From contig CAYWBW010000004.1 of NCBI GenBank assembly GCA_964456745.1, positions 39,483-103,482 of the forward strand: a stretch of DNA of 64,000 bases. Reading direction: 5' to 3'. The position numbers were made by a program, and so were the translations under genes. Source of the stretch: an uncultured Candidatus Peribacteria bacterium. GTDB taxonomy: Bacteria > Patescibacteriota > Gracilibacteria > GCA-2401425 > JAJOLG01. Each line of letters opens with the position of its first letter. Within the stretch, counting starts at the first letter, position 1. A model generated the notes under the pieces. It searched no databases, was not told the origin of the DNA, and was given only the letters and a program-made list of their open reading frames with translations. Positions 59,875 through 64,000 of this stretch are shown here, piece by piece.

Positions 59875-62421
59875 ATGCATATTAGAAAAATTGCCCGGGA
59901 ACTTTGAATCACAACTCAAGACCTTAAACAGGAGCTTATTAGTGTAAACTTCTGAGTTGATCCAAATGAAAATGAAGTTCCAGATCATCTGGCTTCATGA
60001 ATTTTGAGAGTGCTTTGAAGAAAATTCAAGTGAAATAAAAAAAGCAAAGTAGTTAATGAGATAGAAAAACCAGCCCCTGTTAGTAATGTTGAAAAACCTG
60101 AAAAGTCGAAAGAAATTGTAAAAGACACAGAAACTGAAGAAAAACCTCAAAAAAAATCAATTAGGGAAAGACGTCTAGAGCAAGAAAAAATAAAACAAGA
60201 TTTAGCATTAGAAAAAGAAAAAAGTGATAGGAAAAAACAAACTGAAAAAAAACTTGAAGATGAATTTAAAAGTTTAAATAAAAAGAAATTCTCTGCTAAA
60301 TGAGAAAACATAAAGTGAAAAAAGCAAGAAAAAAGATTTGGTCAAGATAAAAGCAAAGACTGAATGATTGCTGTAACACGCAAGATTCAAATTTGAAAAG
60401 ATGATTACCCTGAAAGTAAAAAGAAATCTAAGAAAAAATGACATCATGAAGAACAAGAACAAAAAGCTTCTAAAAAACTTAAATTCAATGAGCTTTCTAA
60501 AGAAGAAATAGACTTGATGAGTGAAGAAGAAAGAATTGAATATTTTGCAGATCTTGAAGAGAGCAAGAGACTTGATGATGAAATGTTTAAAACTCAACAA
60601 CAAAAAAAGAAAAAAGTAATTAAAGCTTTTTCAAACCAAGAACAAATAAAAGAAAAACAATGAATAGTTGAACTTCCAGATATTGTAACAATTAAGGAAT
60701 ATTCAGAAAAAATTTGAGTACCTGTTTCTAAGGTAATAGCTGCTTTGATGAAAAACTGAATGATGATGACTATCAACCAATCAATTGATTTTGATACAGC
60801 TTCTCTACTTGCTTCTGATTTTGATGTTGAAGTTATTAAATCAATCGTTTCTGCTTCTGCAGAAGAATTGATAGAGTGAGATTTATCTAAACTTATAAAA
60901 GATGAAAAAGAAAATTTAATAGGAAGACCACCTGTTGTAGTTGTGATGTGACATGTTGATCATTGAAAAACATCCATTTTAGATTACTTTAGAAAGACAA
61001 ATATTATTTCAAAAGAAGCATGATGAATAACTCAACATATCTGAGCTTACCAGATTGATAGCAAAAAAAGAAAAATAAGCTTTTTAGATACGCCGTGACA
61101 CGAAGCATTTACTGCAATGAGAGCTAGATGAGCTAAAGTTACTGATATTGCAATACTGGTTGTAGCTGCTGATGATTGAGTAAAACCTCAAACAGTAGAA
61201 GCATATAATCATGCCAAAGAAGCATGAGTTTCTATAGTTGTAGCAATTAATAAAACTGATGTCCAATGAGCAAACATCGATAAAGTTAAATGAGAACTTG
61301 CAGAAATCTGACTAATGGTAGAAGATTGGTGATGAGAAATTCCATGCGTTTGAGTTTCAGCTAAGCATTGACAATGAATGGACGATTTACTAGATACTGT
61401 ATTTTTACTTTCTGATATGTTAGAGTTGAAAGCAAATCCAAATCGTAAAGCTATCTGAACTGTCGTTGAATCACATTTAGACAAATCCCACTGACCAGTT
61501 GCGACTGTTTTAATAAATACCTGAACATTAAAGAAAAAAGATATTTTTATTGCATGAACTACAATGTGAAGAGTGAAATCAATGATTGATTCAATTTGAA
61601 AATCCAAGAATTCACTTGATCCATCATGAGTATCACAAATTTCCGGATTTGAGGAAGTTCCAAATGTTTGAGACATACTACAAGTAGTATCAAATGAAAA
61701 AGAGGCTAGAGAAAGAACAGAAAAAATAAAACTTATACATGAGCAATCATCAAATAAATGAGTATGAATTGAAGAAATTCAAAGAAGAATTGCAGCATGA
61801 AAAATGAATTTATTAAAAATCATTATTAAATCAGATACACAGTGATCTCTTGAAGCTATTACAAATTCCTTAGTTAAAATTTATAATGATGAAGTATGAG
61901 TTAAAATAATTCATTCTTGAGTTTGATCGATTACAGACTCGGATATTCTTATGTCCACTGCTTCTAATGCTTTAGTAATTTGATTCCATATTTCAATTGC
62001 TCAGCAAACAAGATTACTCGCTGATAAAGAGTGAGTTGAAATTCAAGAATTTAAAGTAATTTATGAAATAGAAAATGCAATCAAAGCTCTACTGACTTGA
62101 ATGTTAAAAACTGAAGAAGTAGAGGTTGAAGCATGAGAAGTTGTAGTAGAACAAATTTTCTATACTAAGAAAAAAATGATGATCGTTGGTTGAAAAGTTG
62201 AAAAGTGATTTGTAAGGAAATGAGCAAAAGTAATTGTTGAAAGAAAATGAGAAGAGATAGATAGCGCACAAATTACCAATCTTAAATTTTTCAAAGATGA
62301 CGCTGAGGAAGTTAAAAAATGAAATGAATGCTGAATGCAATTTAATAAAAAAATTGATATAGAGAAATGAGATATCTTAAAAATCTTTGTTATAGAAAAG
62401 AAAATAAAGAGTTTAGACTAA
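59875..62421 (+). CDS. infB: translation initiation factor IF-2 (848 aa)
   Basis: N-terminal IF2_N-like [17 protein letters not shown], then a Lys/Glu-rich linker. G domain has VVVVMGHVDHGKTS, DTPGHEAF and NKTD, followed by the C-terminal beta-barrel and IF2 C domains. Confidence 0.95.
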
Positions 62422-62455
62422 AAACCTCTTGCATTTTAGAGTATTATTAATTAAA

Positions 62456-62482
62456 TTAGCACTCGCGTTTTGAAAGTGCTAA
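62456..62482 (+). promoter_or_regulatory. CIRCE operator (HrcA binding site) upstream of groES
   Basis: TTAGCACTC-GCGTTTTGA-AAGTGCTAA versus consensus TTAGCACTC-N9-GAGTGCTAA (one mismatch). Lies 25 nt upstream of the groES ATG. Confidence 0.75.
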
Positions 62483-62506
62483 TATTTACCAATTAACATT
62501 ATATAT

Positions 62507-62773
62507 ATGTCAACAATAACACCATTATGAGACAGAATTATTATTGAAGCTAAGCTTGCCGAAAATGAAACAAGTTCTTGAATTGTTCTTCCTAATAGTA
62601 AGGAAAAGCCGATGGAATGAATTGTAATAGCTGTTAATCAATCATCAAACAAAATAACTGTTTGAGTTTGAGAAACTGTTCTTTATAAAAAATATTCTGC
62701 GACTGAAGTAAAAATAGATTGAAAAGAATATTTAATCTTAGATATTGATGATGTATTAGCCACTGTTAGCTAA
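62507..62773 (+). CDS. groES: co-chaperonin GroES (88 aa)
   Basis: Has PLGDRIIIE, mobile loop ETSSGIVLP, EGIVIAVN and VGETVLYKKY. Confidence 0.9.
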
Positions 62774-62839
62774 TAATTTATCTTTTAATCCTAAAAAACA
62801 CTTAATATAAAAAATTATTAACCAAATTAACTAATAAAT

Positions 62840-64000
62840 ATGGCTAAACAAATAACATTTTGAGATGATGCTAGACACGCATTACATGCATGAGTAAAAA
62901 AATTAGCTGATGCAGTCAGGGTAACAATGTGACCCAAGTGAAGAAACGTAATTCTTTGAAAAAAGTATTGAGGTCCAGTTATAACAAATGACTGAGTCAC
63001 AATCGCAAAAGAAATTGAGCTTGAAGATCAAATAGAAAACATGTGAGCACAAGTTGTAAAAGAAGTTGCAAGTAAAACAAATGATGTTGCATGAGATTGA
63101 ACATCAACTGCTACTATTTTGGCAGATGCAATAATCACAGAATGACTTAAACACATCGTTGCTGGTTCAAACCCTATGGTGATAAAAAAATGAATCGAAA
63201 AAGCTTCTTCTTATTGCATAAAATCACTAGAGTGAGTTGCTGTTCAGATTAACACTAAAGAAGAAATTGCACAAGTTGCAACAAATTCTGCACAAAATGA
63301 AGAAGTGTGAAAACTGATATCGGAAGTTATTGAGATAGTTTGAAAAGACTGAGTGATCACTGTGGAGGATGGTCAAACAATATGACTTACTAAAGAAGTA
63401 GTTGAATGAATGCAATTTGATAATTGATATATTTCTCCATATATGATTTCTGATACTAGAGCAATGGCATCTGAAATCAAAGATGCAAAAATTCTTATAA
63501 CTGACAAAAAAATATCATCTATCCAAGAGATACTACCTTTACTTGAAGCTGTTGCGAAATGAGGTAAAAAAGATTTAGTTATTATAGCAGAAGACATTGA
63601 AGGAGAAGCACTTACTACACTTGTGCTTAATAAGTTAAGATGAAGCTTTAATGTACTTTGAATAAAAGCTCCATGATTTTGAGATAGAAGAAAGGAGATG
63701 CTTAAAGATATAGCTATATTAACATGAGCAAGAGTAATATCAGAAGAAGTATGACTTTCTCTTGAAAAAACTACACTAGAAGATTTAGGTCAAGCTTGAA
63801 AAGTGGTTTCTACAAAAGACAATACCGTAATCGTTGATTGAAAATGAGATCAAAAAGCTATAGAGCAAAGAGTTGAGCAAATCAAGATTGAAATTGATAA
63901 TTCAAGCTCTGAATTTGATAAAGAAAAACTAGCTGAAAGACTTTGAAAACTTACATGAGGTGTGGCCATTATAAAAGTATGAGCTGCAACTGAAGTTGAA
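62840..64000 (+). CDS. groEL: chaperonin GroEL (N-terminal 387 codons; 3' end beyond window)
   Basis: [39 protein letters not shown]...[43 protein letters not shown] with TGA=Gly. The frame is open to the window edge. Confidence 0.95.

Noticed and set aside
1-64000. Genetic code 4 (TGA = Trp, Mycoplasma/Spiroplasma-like) as the explanation for the fragmented ORFs in an AT-rich sequence
   Set aside because: In-frame TGA codons fall on invariant glycines: GroEL GPKGRN/AGDGT, P-loops GHVDHGKT and GYTNAGKS, and RF1 GGQ. Trp positions use TGG. Gly (table 25) fits; Trp does not.
1-64000. Prophage, transposon, integron or defence island (integrase, transposase, restriction-modification, toxin-antitoxin)
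   Set aside because: No integrase, transposase or recombinase motifs, terminal inverted repeats or tRNA-flanked insertion were found. The tRNA-Glu at 24143 has no repeated 3' fragment nearby. The NYN protein and the helicase-nuclease are single genes in housekeeping contexts.

Overview
This is an AT-rich, gene-dense bacterial chromosomal segment that only makes sense when TGA is read as glycine (translation table 25, as in Candidatus Gracilibacteria/Absconditabacteria of the CPR/Patescibacteria). The supplied standard-code ORF track is therefore fragmented, and several of its longer ORFs are antisense shadows of real genes. I re-translated by hand with TGA=Gly. For each ORF I checked that start-to-stop length is a multiple of 3 and that only TAA/TAG terminate. 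This gives about 58 CDS, one tRNA-Glu(CUC), a CIRCE operator, a few hairpin terminators, one gene interrupted by an in-frame TAA and one decayed paralog.

Recognisable content:
- **Translation and chaperones:** infB, prfA, efp, hflX, an ABC-F ATPase, groES-groEL.
- **Envelope:** PBP1A, VanW, DUF4015-like protein, lspA, S41 peptidase, FKBP lipoprotein, a 1068-aa SLH-domain surface protein.
- **Extracytosolic redox modules:** ApbE plus an FMN-binding lipoprotein; CcdA plus a thioredoxin-like lipoprotein; FTR1; SIMPL; Crp/Fnr.
- **Signalling:** a soluble hybrid histidine kinase, a PAS-HD-GYP protein, two tandem double-STAS proteins.
- **Metabolism:** ilvE, leuB, a permuted leuD-leuC fusion, purN, an aldo/keto reductase.
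- **DNA:** a UvrD-type helicase fused to a Cas4/AddB-like 4-Cys nuclease, and dgt.

No mobile element, CRISPR array or rRNA was seen. All product names come from motif recognition by eye. No database search was run.
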